64,000 bases of DNA, from the NCBI GenBank assembly GCA_012295275.1, contig CM022678.1:16554001-16618000 (forward strand). Reading direction: 5' to 3'. Positions 1 through 14,570 of this stretch are shown here, one piece after another. Within the stretch, counting starts at the first letter, position 1. Each line of letters opens with the position of its first letter. Made by a program: the position numbers and the translations under genes. The notes beneath the pieces are model-generated. The model was not told the DNA's origin. It made no database searches and worked only from the letters and a program-made list of their open reading frames with translations. This DNA comes from Chrysomallon squamiferum. Taxonomy: Eukaryota; Animalia; Mollusca.

Positions 1-465
1 AATAATAATAATAATAATAATAACTACTATTACTACTATAGAAACTTCTGATATACAATAGTAAATAGTTTTTGCCCATTCCAATAACGGCTCAGAAACT
101 GATTTTATCAGAAGGTGTGTACAGTATATTCTGTAAATGGAAAACACGTGTAAAAGAAATCTTTCTGCTGGCTGATTACCCTGATTCAGGATATGAACGC
201 AACAGTTGTTTTCATATCATATATCTATATACATACATACATACAAACATACATACATACATACATACATACATACAAACATATATACATACATACAAAC
301 ATACATATTTTAATGACATACAAACAAGGATGCATACATAAAAAAAAAAAAAACAAACAAAACATACAACAACATACATACAAACATATATACATCATAA
401 AAATCATTCAAATGACAAGGATTCAGAAAAAAACAAAACAAACAAATCTCTCAACCTTATCTCAT

Positions 466-606
<141 letters not shown>

Positions 607-862
607 CTCTCTCTCTCTCTCTGAATTTGATCATTCGTGATTATTATTTTTCTTTTTCAGTAAAATTTAATAACATTAAATGAGGATAAATTATTAGCGC
701 AAAACAATTCTCCGTTGTATCCAAACACAAACAGACAGACAGACAAACACACAAACATACTGACACACAGACACCCCAGCACACATTCATACTCACAATA
801 CGCATAACACATATACAAAAACAATGTAAGAAAAACATCAACAAGCATGTATATATTGTATA

Positions 863-918
<56 letters not shown>

Positions 919-1566
919 AATATACAGGACAGATTGATACAAATACACAGATATCAGAAAAATCAAATAGAAAATATGAACAAGAACAAGAAAAATAATC
1001 TTAAAATAAATAAACAACAGAAAATATGAATATCACGAGTGATTAATTTAACTAATAAAATAAGTAAATACAGTGGGAAAAAACAAATTGAAATAAAAAT
1101 TAAAAAATAAATAAAAATTAAAAAGAAAAATAAGATAAAAAGAAAATTTTCAAATAACAAACAGTTGTAATCGGATTACTTTAAGGATTTATGTATTTAG
1201 TTTAAAATTTATTTATTTATTTTTAAAAATTAATTTAACACAACGCACGAACTGGAGTTTTTGACTTAAAGTCCCTTTTTAAATAAATAAGCAAGCAAAC
1301 CACGAAAGAAGTAAATAGATAAGTAAGTAACTATATAAGTGTAAGTAAGTAACTAAGTAAGTAAGTAAGTAAGTAAATAAACAGAGGTTACTCTTTCCTG
1401 ATTGATAAAAAAAAGAAATCTTATATAAACCTTCTCGTTAAAAAATAAGGTATAAATTCCTTTTGGAACGTTTGCTGAAACAGGAAGTGACGTATATGTA
1501 AATATTGGGAGAGACTAGAAACAGCCCAGTGGACGTATCGAGTGTTGAACTTGCTACACTCCGTGT

Positions 1567-1693
<127 letters not shown>

Positions 1694-2779
1694 ATAAAAT
1701 ACGAAGTGTACAGCGACACAGAAATGACATAGAGCTATGAATTTTCGTTAAAGCCATAAATAGAAATAAATGAGTAACGAACCAGATTGAAATAATAATA
1801 AAAAAAAAAGAAGAAGAAGAAGAAGAAAATAAAAAGAAGGAAAAGACAGAGAAAAGGAGTTAATTAATCTGTAATGAAAAGGGGCGGGGCAAGGTGGGAA
1901 CAGCGTTTCCCATATTTTTTGTTTTCCGGTGTATGTCCACTTTCAGTACCAGTGTAAAGTCAGATTCATCTATTAGATATGTTTTGTCAAGTTTCTAACA
2001 GTTAAAATCAATGTCTGTTATCATACCTGGTATATTTTACTCCGAAATAACATGTATTATATCATGTGTATTTAAGTTATCAAGTGAGAGAGAGAGAGAG
2101 AGAGAGAGGTGAAAACAAACAGAAACAATACTTATAAAGACAAAATAAGAATCGCGTTTGTAAATATTCTGTAACAAAACCACGCAACTGTAATCTCATC
2201 ACATTAAACCAACCGTAAACAAAACAAAACAAAACAGAACAAAACAAAACAAAACAAAACAGAACAAAACAGAACAAAACAGAACAAAACAAAACAAAGC
2301 TCGGAAACCAATCTCAACAAGACAAAAAAACCGAAACGGCAACAGATTAAATTAAAAAAAAAAAACTTTTAAGTTAACTAATAAACCATAAATAAATAAA
2401 TAATAATAATTTAAAAAAAAACTCTCGCTTACCTCTCTATACACAGGTAAGTGAATCAACTTGTACGTCTAATTAAGAACTGAATTTCCTCAACACGTCA
2501 TCGAATCTCTGGCGAGTTTTCACGGTATAGAATCCAAACACACACGCAGAGCCAGCGAGAACTCGTATTTCCTTCGACCAATTGATCCGACAGCCGTACT
2601 CAGATCGGCGCCTCTTTTCACTGGCAGCACTGCAAGGAAGAAAAACACTGGTTTTTCAGTTCGACTTTTCGAATAAATTAGCCTAATCGGACGTACATCG
2701 GACAGAAAAAAAAATCTGGTTTACGTTTGTACAAGTGCTAATCGATAGATAATTATTACTAATAATTATTGCGCTTGTG

Positions 2780-2868
<89 letters not shown>

Positions 2869-3295
2869 CAAAAACAACAACAACAACAAAAAACAAACAA
2901 AACATAGAAGTATATATTGAGATCGGATTTTGTCGTACTCTGTATTTTTAATGCATGTTCTTACTTAATCCTATTTACAAAATCCGATCTTTAAAGAAAC
3001 ATGTAAAACTAATATGGTTCTTGCCTGAAAAATCTTTACGTTGTTAAGGATACTTTTTTTTTAATTAAAACTAAACTTTCTTTCCAGGTTTTTATTACTT
3101 GTGAGATGTCTAATGAAAACTATATCTGTAGGTATCTGTGTCTTTATGTATGTATCTGGCTGTATAATCTGGATTCGTGGAAGATAACTATTTTAATTAA
3201 AACATTCCTTTGTCCATCTGGCTATGATAAGCGATTTATTTATCTGTTTATTGTCTATTTTTTCTTTTTTCTATTGTTCTGTGTGCTTTTTTTAC

Positions 3296-3397
<102 letters not shown>

Positions 3398-3609
3398 GTT
3401 TTTCTCTCTCTCTGGCTACCTACCTGTCTGTTTGTTTGTATCTGTGTCTGTTTATCTGCTGTCTCTAGAGTATGTTAGTATTTCTATCTGTTTAACAATG
3501 CTTTTCTCGCTAGCTTTATGTTTAACAGTCTGGCTAATATGTGTATGTATACACTGCCCTCTGTAATCTGTCTGTCTGCAAATCTGAAATCTGATTCTCT
3601 GTCTATACT

Positions 3610-4082
3610 GCTCTTTATATATACCTAAATTCAACAATTTTCCTACCTATTTAACTACGTGTTACAAATATGTTTTATATATAACAGTTATATAGGGTGT
3701 GTTTATTTATTACAGTGACATAACGATTTATATACTGCCTTAAATACTTCCTCATCTGTTGTCTTATATACTTCTTTTTATATAATAAACCTAAATAAAA
3801 TGATTTTCATACCTGTTTAACTGCCTGTTACAAATAAAATATATATTTGTTTGTGTGTTTGTGTGTTTAGGGTGTGTTTATTAATTAAAATGGTAATTTA
3901 TATACTACCTTAAAAACTTCCTTATTTGTTGTCATATATACCTCTTTTCTTATATACCAAAATACGACAGTTTTCCTACCTATCTAACTGCCCTGTTACA
4001 AATAAAATATATATATATATACATACATACATACATACATATATATATATATATTTTATATATTATATATATATATAAATAC

Positions 4083-4144
<62 letters not shown>

Positions 4145-4215
4145 GTGTATAGGGTGTTTTTTTTTTTTATTAGAGTGACATAACGATTTATATACTACTT
4201 AAATACTTCCTTATA
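3610..4215. repeat. Diverged ~165-bp tandem repeat, 3 copies
   Basis: TACCT(A/G)T(T/C)TAACT…GTTACAAATA…AGGGTGT…ATTTATATACT(G/A)C…ACTTCCT recurs three times. Confidence 0.85.
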
Positions 4216-4646
4216 TATATTGTACTTAATCACTCATGTATTTACTGACTCTCAAAGGACATCAGTTATTGTCTTCGCGTGAATTTAAAATAACAAGTTA
4301 AACAAATCGTTATTTATCAATACTGCAATACACAAGCTGCTTGTATTAAGATGATTGCCGTCTGTACGCCATTGATTTTTGTAGTTAGTTGTTTCCACCA
4401 CTGGCAGACAACCTGTAAAACAATTATTCTGTTTGTTCACACCAATTTTCGACGATTGTTTGTATTGCTCTGAACCGTATCATAACCTGAAGAACACAAA
4501 CAGCAGTAATCTTCAGAGAATTCGCGTTTAGAGAAATATGTGGGTTAATGAAACTTCATGTGTCAGGAGATTTCCGTCAGTGATTGACAGTTTCGGAAGA
4601 GTTTCTTCTTCTTCTTCTTCTTCTTATTATTATTATTATTATCATT

Positions 4647-5090
4647 AGTAGTCAGTAGTAGTAGTAGTAGTAGTAGTAGTAGAAGTAGCAGTAGCAGCAG
4701 CAGCAGTAGTGGTTTTAGTAGTAGTAGTAATAGTAGTAGCAGTACTAGTTGTAGTAGCAGTAATTGAAGTAGTAATAGTGATAGTGGAGTAGTAGTAGAA
4801 ATAGCAGTAGGAGTAGTAGTAACAGTGGTGGTAGTACTGGAAGTGGTTGCAGTAACTTAAGTAATAATAGTAATAGTGATAATGATAGTAATAGTAGTAG
4901 CAGTTCTTGTAGTAATAGTAGTAGTCATCGTTGTAAAAAGTACTAGTATTAGTATTAGTATTACTAATAGTTGTTAGTACTAACATCTATACTAGTAATA
5001 GTTTTGCTAGTAACAGTAGCAGTAGTAGTAGCGACTGTAATAGTAGCAGAACTAGTAGTGGTTGCAGTAGCATAGTAATGGTGGTGTTAT
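4647..5090. repeat. Degenerate (GTA)n array
   Basis: Directly visible. Confidence 0.9.
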
Positions 5091-6100
5091 AGTCTTCGTT
5101 ATTGTTGTTATTGTACCTGTAGGTAAGGTATGTATAGCTATGTACGTAAGTATATGTATATATGTGCATGAATGTAGCACGAATGAGTGCATGCATGTAT
5201 TCCTGTAAAAGAATATTTGTGTATTCATGTGTGAGTATGCGAGGTTATCTGGACTGGTGCACTTTATCTGTATTAGCATGAATATGTTCCCTCAAATCTA
5301 ACACAAACTGATTATAAACATCACGAAATGAAAATAAATTAAATCAAATGATGATAAAGATTGTTTTTAATGATACTGTTATTATTATACGACATTCAGA
5401 GTTGACTGATGTCGTCTGCTTTCATTTCGTGACAGAGCTGAATCAAGGGATTTTTAAAATCTAATTCAATTCCCTGTCTCGTGCATTATTTGTTGTTTTT
5501 TTTTTTTTTTTTTTTTTTCTGTTACGGAAGAGTCAAAGTGAACTGAACTGAACTGAACTGAGTGTCCGCAATCTGCGGAATACGAGGTTACATTCATATA
5601 AAATTTAATATAACAGGATGGTGAATTTACAATAACGTACACAATAACTAAAATATATATATATATACAACATACCAGTATAATCAGACAGAGGGTTTGG
5701 AAAAAAAATATAATCGTGATTAGATTACAGAAAAGAGAAAGTTTTTCTAAGAACACCAGCTTTATTTAGATTTAAATAATTTATAAAACTTATGATAACT
5801 TGGTTCAGAATGATAAGAAAATGATAGATAACGATTCTTTTGATGCTTAAAAAAAAAAATAAAAAAAATACTTGTAAATATATAATGAAACTCATCTCCG
5901 ATGTCATAGTTATTACACAATGGACATACTCTATTTTCCAATGGTTTTGTTTTTTTCTATCTTTCACGGCACCAGCAATTGTAGAATTTGTTAACGAACC
6001 TTTCAGAGTCAATTCTGTTTGTATGAAAACATCGTGTAATATAACAAAAACAGTAATTTTATATTTATGCAGATATCTCCCGTTATAACTGCGGCAATAT

Positions 6101-6270
6101 TATGTATTTTTCTGTTGATGGGATGGTACATATAAAAAATAATTTCTTGCTGATAAAAATTACTCCTCGTTTTACCCAGTAAGGGACGATTTTTTATATT
6201 TTTTATCAGAAATCATGTGTTTTTCCGTTTACGGGATGGTACATTTAAAGATAATTTGCTCTGTTAAAAG
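6101..6270 (+). mobile_element. Two tandem fragments of a Meta/MESC-like SINE core
   Basis: CTGTTGATGGGATGGTACATATAAAA…TTGCTG (6101-6160) and CCGTTTACGGGATGGTACATTTAAAGAT…TTGCT (6214-6270) resemble each other and the recalled core CTGTCTGTGGGATGGTGCATATAAAAGATCCCTTGCTGC. Confidence 0.55.
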
Positions 6271-7004
6271 TGATCTTTAAAACAGCAGTAGATTTTATTA
6301 TTATTATTATTATTTATAATAAATTTATACACATGATATTTTATAGTATTTTCGACGTGTATATGAAGCCTGAGAATTAACAGATCAATACCCCTCAGTG
6401 AGCCATAGATTTATCTTTGGCTTTTTTCGTTGTTTTTTTTTTTTCCCCAATCTATGGGAATGTCCTATTAAAATATAAATTGCTGCTAATATAATTAAAT
6501 TTATCCTTGGAGTGAGACAGCGGATTAATCCTGTGAAATCATCATTATGAAAGAATGACAATGACAAAAAAAATCATCACAATAAAAGAACATAACTCAT
6601 GCTGTATGATATTATTAAATCTACAGAGATGTCATTAAGCATATTTCACTCATTAATCATATATAAACTGACTTGTTGTTCAGATTAAAATTAGACGAGA
6701 AATCGTTAATTAAATATGATTTCATTATTTTCTTAGCTTACGGGTTTATCATGCTGTCTGAGTGACATCTACAATATATAAAATATTATTAAATGACTGT
6801 AGATTGATTTTCACAATTCAATACTACCTCGTATTGTTCCAATTTTATCAACATATTTTATAAACATACTGTAGAAGATTTTTGAAATTTAATTTTGCAC
6901 CAGTATGATTCTTTGCAATATTATACTAAATAAAAGACGTATTTAAACGACATTGAACAACATTCAGTCTACGTCATAATGTAAACATATCGATATGTCG
7001 AAGC

Positions 7005-7100
7005 GTATTAAATAACTTTATAGAATATTTGGTTTACTTGTTAATTTACACTGTATTAAATAACTTTATAGAATATTTGTTTTACGTGTTAATTTGCATT
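7005..7100. repeat. 48-bp tandem duplication
   Basis: GTATTAAATAACTTTATAGAATATTTG…GTTAATTT twice. Confidence 0.9.
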
Positions 7101-7669
7101 GTAGATTTTAAAATACGTAAGACATTATTTAACATGATAAAATTGCTGTTACGTAACGACGTATTAAACTATAGAAAACACAGTTTTATGTCATAAACAA
7201 AAAATAAAATATACTGTTATGTAAAGACGTATTAAGATACAAATAAATGTTGTGTTTTGGGGGGTTGTTTTTTGTTTTTTGTTTTTTACATCTTATTGTA
7301 ACTGTTATACTTTAATGTAAGTATTAAGTTAGGTTATTTGATGAATGTTTTATTAGGTAAAGACCCCAAAACAACAACATATAGAACAATGCATTGTAAT
7401 AACAGCAGGACTTTGTATATTTACTAATAATAAAAAGACAATTAAGAACAGTTACAAGTGTATTATTATATAAATACATGATCAAATAAAGGTAATTCTA
7501 GTGCACTTGTTTTAAATCACATCTTTTTAACAACATCTTTGTTTATTTTTATCGTAAATTTGTTCAATCGTTATGTTATCCCTTGCTAAATAAAAACTAA
7601 AATATTCAATGGAAATAAATGTGTTTGTTATACGGGGTAACGTAATTTACACCGACTAACTACTGGCAC

Positions 7670-7820
7670 ACATTTCCACCAATCAGATCGCTAAATTCAT
7701 TTTGCTCTCTATTGATTGGCTGGTTTGTCGAAGCGGAAACGATCCGGACTTCGTGGCGTCACACGATCAGGAAAGAAATGTTTCAGAAGATTTAGGTCAA
7801 GGTTGATGTCATGTGACAAA
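7670..7820. promoter_or_regulatory. Promoter-like module with inverted CCAAT pair
   Basis: CCAAT 7679-7683 and ATTGG 7715-7719, CGGAAA, CGTCA half-CRE, ATTTAGGTCA (7790-7799), GTCATGTGAC M-box (7808-7817), CpG cluster. Confidence 0.45.
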
Positions 7821-8404
7821 AATATGTGTTTTGGTTATTTTTCCAGTTCTTGATATTCTTTCACATCCTGACATAAAAGATTAGCGGAAGCCTGTTTGAT
7901 AGGAATGTCTTATGACAAATACAACACAGCGTTAAGAAATATAAATCCCGAGTTAATAAGAAAAAAAAAAAAAAAAAAAAGTGAAGATATCGTTGCTTTC
8001 GATTTTTGATCTTTGTCCATAACATTCTTGCAAATAAATACAATCCAACAGTCAGAATATGATCCCCAGATAGTTCTTTACAGCCGAAAATGTCCCCTGA
8101 TAATCACAGATATCCTCTGATATAATTTTCTGATAAAGAAAGGTCTTTGGTAATGCAGCATGTGATATGCTTTATTATGTAGAATATGCTCATATGGCAT
8201 GTACATTATAAGCGAAATAATGACACCAAGCTGTCATGTTATAATGATGCAAAGTCTTCAACATTGTGTATATCAATATAGGATATGTTCATATAGGTTG
8301 AAGTTAATGAATGTTACTACTAACATATCGACATAGTGACATAAAGCTCTATGTGCTGATAATAAAGACTGATATGACTATACATACATACATACATACA
8401 TACT

Positions 8405-8444
<40 letters not shown>

Positions 8445-8782
8445 CCTACATATATGTTATATTGTCTTAGATACTAGAGGAATAGATAGATATAAAATTG
8501 TACGCAGCCTTGTGCATCCTGCATGCAGTGCATGCGACAAATACAGTTATGTAAAACCACATATTGCTCTATGTAACCTTGATAATGTAACAGATAAACT
8601 GATAATCAATATTCTACAGCATGATGGAATCATTATTAGGTTGTGTTACACATTTATTGGTAGAGATCTATATACAGCTTAAAGTAACCATAGTTATAAC
8701 TAGTTAGTTATGTATGGATATAAAGCTGCATACCATATATATATATATATATATATATGTAAGTGTCTGTATGTGCCCACAC

Positions 8783-8864
<82 letters not shown>

Positions 8865-9611
8865 TATGCAACCATGATTATAACATGCTACAGATATAGA
8901 AATATTGAGCCATTAACAAGAGATGTATTGGTTATATAGCCCATTATAACTATGCATGCATAAACTTGGATATGTTTATAGATCTCTGTAGTGACGTGAA
9001 AAGATATAATCTAATATATATTCGTCATAGAAACATACACTATATTACGTAACCGTCGATGTGTGATACTAAATGAGAAAATATATTGACATAATACGTA
9101 TACAGACTGAAACGGCCGCGGCGGTGACGTTAACGAAGTCGAAACAACGACGTGAAATAGTGTTTGGCCTTACGTAACCTCGCTGAACCGCACTGGTTGT
9201 TTTATTGTTTTTTTAAAACAATCGCTTCGTCAGATGAACTAAACGAGACTAAATGTCAGAGTTATTTTTCTTTTCTCTGTTTTACGAGGTTTAATATCCG
9301 CTTGTATCACTGTTAGTTGTCGAGCAGTTCAGGTCATCGACCTTTCTGTGACCTTCGCATTTCAGGTTTTATTTTCATTGTTTGGCACTTCGCTGTCATT
9401 TTCGATGTGATCAAGCTCAATATCCGTGAACGAATCTTTCTGTCATATTTTTTATATGAAGAATTTATAGGACGCCTTTAATTTCGGTTCTTTCTTCTTC
9501 TATTTTTTTCATCTTTTTTTTGTTTGTTATTTATTTAAATGGAACTATTTGGGTGGTTGCTTCTTAACATACATCTTTACTGCTGTCTGCTACCAATTTT
9601 AACATCAATAT

Positions 9612-10096
9612 TACTACTACTACTACTACTACTACTACTATTGCTGTTATTACCATTAACGCTGATACTAACATTGTTATTACTACTATAACTACTGCTA
9701 CTATTGCTGTTATTATTATTACTACTGCTACTACTATTACTACTACTACTACTACTTCTTATATGCTACTACTACTACTATTACTATACTACTTATATAC
9801 TGCTGCTACTACTGTTACTACTCTACTATTACTACTAGTACTACTACTACTAAAATACTACTTATATACTGCTACTACTACTGTTCTACTCTACTATTAC
9901 TACTACTACTACTGCTACTACTACTACTACACTACTACTACTACTACTGCTACTATTACTACTACTACTGCTACTACTATTACTACTACTACTACTACTA
10001 CTACTACTTATACTACTATGCTACTACTACTGTTCCACTTTACTATTACTACTATTACTACTACTATTACTACTACTACTGTTTTACTGCTACACT

Positions 10097-10159
<63 letters not shown>

Positions 10160-10634
10160 CACTACACTACTACTATTACTACCACTACCACTACTATACT
10201 TACATTTATATTTTTATATACTGCCTATTACTACTACTACTACCGTTCTATTTTACTATTACTGCTACTACTTACATTACTACTGCTACTACTACTACTA
10301 CTACTACTACTATTACTACTACCACTATTACTACTACTACTATTACTACTACCACTACTACTACTATTACTACTACTACTGCTACTACTATTACTACTAC
10401 TATTACTACTTATTTCTACTACTATTACTACTACTATTATTACTACTATTACTACTATTACTACTACTACTACTGCTACTATTACTACTACTACTGCTAC
10501 TATATTACAACTACTTATATACTGCTACTACTACTGTTCTACTCTACTATTACTACTATTACTACTACTACTACTGCTATTACTACTACTACTACAACTA
10601 CAACTTATATACTGCTATTACTACTGTTACTACT

Positions 10635-10674
<40 letters not shown>

Positions 10675-10680
10675 CACTAT
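9612..10680. repeat. Degenerate (TAC)n microsatellite array
   Basis: Directly visible; source of the 306-aa L/T/Y ORF. Confidence 0.95.
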
Positions 10681-10995
10681 TAGCTCATTTAATACTTGAT
10701 GTTTACATAGATGAATTAACTCATTAAACGACAATAAGAAGCCAGCTGTTGTCACGAGACACAAATCATTAAGCACTTTGTGTCTGTCTTGTCTCTCGAG
10801 TATTTGTAAATCAGGTTCGTGTTTAAACAGTCTGCGCTGAACAAACGTATTTCTCATAACCTGACTCTTTGTCTGTCGCTCTGTCTGTCTGCGTGTCTCT
10901 ATCTGTCTGTGTCCGTCACATACTCTTTCTCTCTATCTCGCTTTCACTCCCTCTTTTTTTCTGTCTATCTCGCTTTCTCTTTTTATTTCGTTCGG

Positions 10996-11133
<138 letters not shown>

Positions 11134-11960
11134 ACTTCACGCACCCACCCACCCTTCCTGCCTCTCGCTTAATGAGTACCAGTCTTCCAGCTTTTCTGTG
11201 TATGTGTGCCTTTCCGTCTAAAGATAGCATAAAAGCACTGAAGGAAGATTTTATTTTTAATGTAGGTTCTCAGTTGTCAGCTAATTATTTAATATTGTAC
11301 TAAACTAACGAAAACAGAAAAAAAAAAAAAAAAAAAATAAAAACAAATATGCTTGTTAACTTCACATCTGTTTATTCAGTGAATTATTTTCTCTGCAGGA
11401 GTTTCGCGTTTCTTCGTACTTGAAGCTTTGTTTATTATTAATGTATGCCTACGCAGTTCTCTACTGAATGGCTTCTGAAACTAGGTCGTTCCTCCTTTTC
11501 TTTGTATCGATATCTATATATGTCACTTCTGTGATTTATTTCGCGAGGAGGACAATCGAGGCGCCAGAAATAGACTACTTCCTTTCCGTATGTAACACTA
11601 GACTGGATTGGTGAAGACGCGGTCACGGGAGGATTTGCGTAGTTCGTTCATGCGGCTTCACTCGTCTCGCTGTAAGGTTTGAGTCGAAAACCCGGCTGTT
11701 TCTGGTTTTCCGTAAAACGGAAGTGTTTACGACAACTAATTTTACGACCGCGATTTCACAGAGGATTGCTATTTGGTCTCGTGTCACGTGATGTTTGTTT
11801 GACTCTTTTTGCAAACGGCAAGATCGATTTGTTCAGTGAACCGTTTGATTTGTGTCTTTACGGTATCGATGATATTCGTGTTTTTTTTTGTTTTTTGTTT
11901 TTTTGTGTTTGTTTGTGTTAGTGTTAAAATGCTTGAGTGGCTGGTATTAGGGAGTGTGAG

Positions 11961-11994
<34 letters not shown>

Positions 11995-12054
11995 TGGGGA
12001 TGGAGGGAGGGAGGGAGGTGAACGGGAGAGAGAAAAAAAGAGAAGATTAGATTG

Positions 12055-12094
<40 letters not shown>

Positions 12095-12095
12095 C

Positions 12096-12213
<118 letters not shown>

Positions 12214-12566
12214 ACTGCAGTTATTCCATTGGTTACCCACAGACAATGCGGATTCCCACAGATATGGAAAATAAAACCGAACTCCGTTTTTGATAAACTG
12301 TTCTTGTGATTCTACGACTTAACAACAAATATTTCAAGTACAACTCTGAGCGGAATTGATCCTGAACCTCTTCCCGCCTTGGGCAAGGTTTACCAAAAAA
12401 TAAATTGCAGCTCAGTTTTTTTTTTAAATAGAAAGGATTTAGACTGCATTTGGCACAAGAAGCCAGAATTAAGAATCGAAAATTTGCAGCGAAACGAAAA
12501 TAACATACATTCGTTCACAGTCACGCGAAGTTACAGTTTGTCTTACGTGAAGAATTTTTGTTTTAG

Positions 12567-12681
12567 CAGATTCTGTCTAATTGTAGTCTCTGATTTGATC
12601 TGTGAATGGAAAAGTCTTGACCTGTAATCCGCTGTCCACTGATCGGTCAGAATGTCCTTTTTCGCCGGGCAGAGAAGTAGG
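12567..12681 (+). other. Candidate exon (first or internal) ending AGG|GTAAGT
   Basis: TTTTTGTTTTAGCAG tandem (NAGNAG) acceptor at 12565-12569; GTAAGT donor at 12682; short ATG frame MSFFAGQRSR (12652-12681). Confidence 0.4.
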
Positions 12682-13339
12682 GTAAGTCAATTTACGAAAC
12701 GCGTCTGGGCTGGTAATGAGCTTGTCCAGTGATACATCACGTGACCTGTCGGCGGAGTGTCCTTGACCTACTGTAATGTACAAGTGAGACGTTAATGTTG
12801 GGGTCACGTACAGCTTCCGTATTATTTATTATAACGTAGGATTCGGATCCGAAAGGTAATGCGTTCACGTCTCAGCACTGGCAGTATGGATTGTGTGTGT
12901 GTGTGTGTGTGTACGTGAATGAACATCTTGTGTGCTTTCTTAGATATATGTATGTATTTCTATGTGTATGTATGAACCTGATAAACCTACTTTTGACATT
13001 CATGTCTCTTTATTAATTAGCATATAATCACTAAACAAAAAAATAAAAAATATTTACTCTAGATTCATTCACATTTCTCTTTGATGTATCGCTTTTTAAC
13101 CTTCCTCAGAGACAAAATAAAATCCTTTGCGTTTCAAAGCTGTAACAGGTCACAGTTCAACGCGCTGTTTCTCGTTTGGTGAAAAGTACTTTCAAAAAAA
13201 CAAAGCAAATTATCGCAAGTGAAATCAGATCTCAGTTTCCCATCGCTTCTCCTTTGAGACTTTTTTTTTTTTTTTTTGTTCTTTTCGCATTACGGTCACT
13301 TTCGACCGGCTAAATCACCATAATCAGTCTGTAATGAAT

Positions 13340-13540
13340 TCCGCCATTTTAGGTCACGTGACGAGAACCGGTTCAGAAAAGGGTGAAGCACTTTTAAGTA
13401 CTTGCGAGCGAAAGAACACGTTCCCCGCGGATTTTACGTGAATTTAAAAGTTATTTTGTTTCGATGTCTGGGATGAAGAGTCGCAGGAAATCGATAAGGA
13501 GTTAAAAGAAATCGCCGTTCTGATTGGATCCTATAAAAAA
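13340..13540. promoter_or_regulatory. Regulatory module: YY1, RORE/E-box overlap, CCAAT, TATA-like
   Basis: CCGCCATTTT (13341-13350) abutting AGGTCACGTGAC (13351-13362); CTGATTGG at 13520-13527; TATAAAA at 13532-13538. Confidence 0.45.
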
Positions 13541-13939
13541 AGCGACAGTTGCTGTTTTTACGAGAGCCGTAATACAGAATCGTAAACTCGTGTATTTAAC
13601 GTGACAATAATCTCAGAGGATTGAAGACAGTTCATGTAAATAAAACAGTCTGTCAACGTAACTGTTGATAGCATCGTACGCTTTTTGAAATCACGTGAGA
13701 ACTGTAGACGACAGACAGTTGTTTATGCAATTTATAGTGATGTAAAGTGATTTATGAAACCGATTTGATTAAGACATCTTTCAGTGGACGTAATTACGTA
13801 TGCACGGAATAATGTTATAAAATAACCCCAAATTAAACACACATACACACGCACACACACACACACACTGATATTCAAATATTTACATGCACGTATATTA
13901 TATATACACACAGACACACACAGGGTTACATAGACACGG

Positions 13940-14570
13940 TAGAAGTAGTAATATAGTAGTAATAGTAGTAGTAACAGTAGTTTTGGTAGTAGTAGTAATA
14001 ATAAAAATATTAGTAGAATAATAGTAGTAATAGTAATGACAGTAGTAGCTGTAGTAATAGTAGTAAAAATTGCTACTACTACTATTACTACTACAACTAC
14101 TATTGTTATTATTCCTACGACTAAATAATAATAATAACAGTACTAGTTGTAATAGTAATACTAGTAGTAATTGTAGTAGTGTAATAGTAGTAGCAATAAT
14201 AACAGTTGTGGAAGTAGTAATAATAATAGTAGTGGAAGTAGTAGTAGTAATAGTAGTAGTAGTCGTGATAATAAAAGTGGTAGTCGAGTGATAGTATTTT
14301 GGTAATAGTAGAGGTAGTAGATTACTACTAGTACTTGCAGTAATATTAGTTGTAGTAGAGTAGTAGCAGTAGTAGTTGTAGCAGTGGTAGTAGTAATAGT
14401 AGTTGTGAAAGTATTGGTAAGAAAAATATAGTACAGTAGTTGTGTAGTAATAGTAGTGGTAGTATATGGTTGGTCGTAATAACGTTGTCAGATAGCGCAA
14501 GTGGTTTTTAAGAGTAATAAAAGTTGTAGTTGCAGTAGTTGTAGTACTAGTGACAGTAGTGGTGTAGTAG
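13940..14570. repeat. Degenerate (GTA)n array with an internal inverted segment
   Basis: Directly visible; 14071-14113 is in the TAC orientation. Confidence 0.9.

Noticed and set aside
1894-1913. Inverted GTGGGAA…TTCCCAT as a Su(H) paired site
   Set aside because: Spacing of ~6 bp is far shorter than the canonical 15-17 bp.
9763-10683. 306-aa L/T/Y-rich ORF (mucin- or shell-protein-like at first glance)
   Set aside because: Degenerate (TAC)n repeat drifting between poly-L, poly-T and poly-Y frames; not coding-like.
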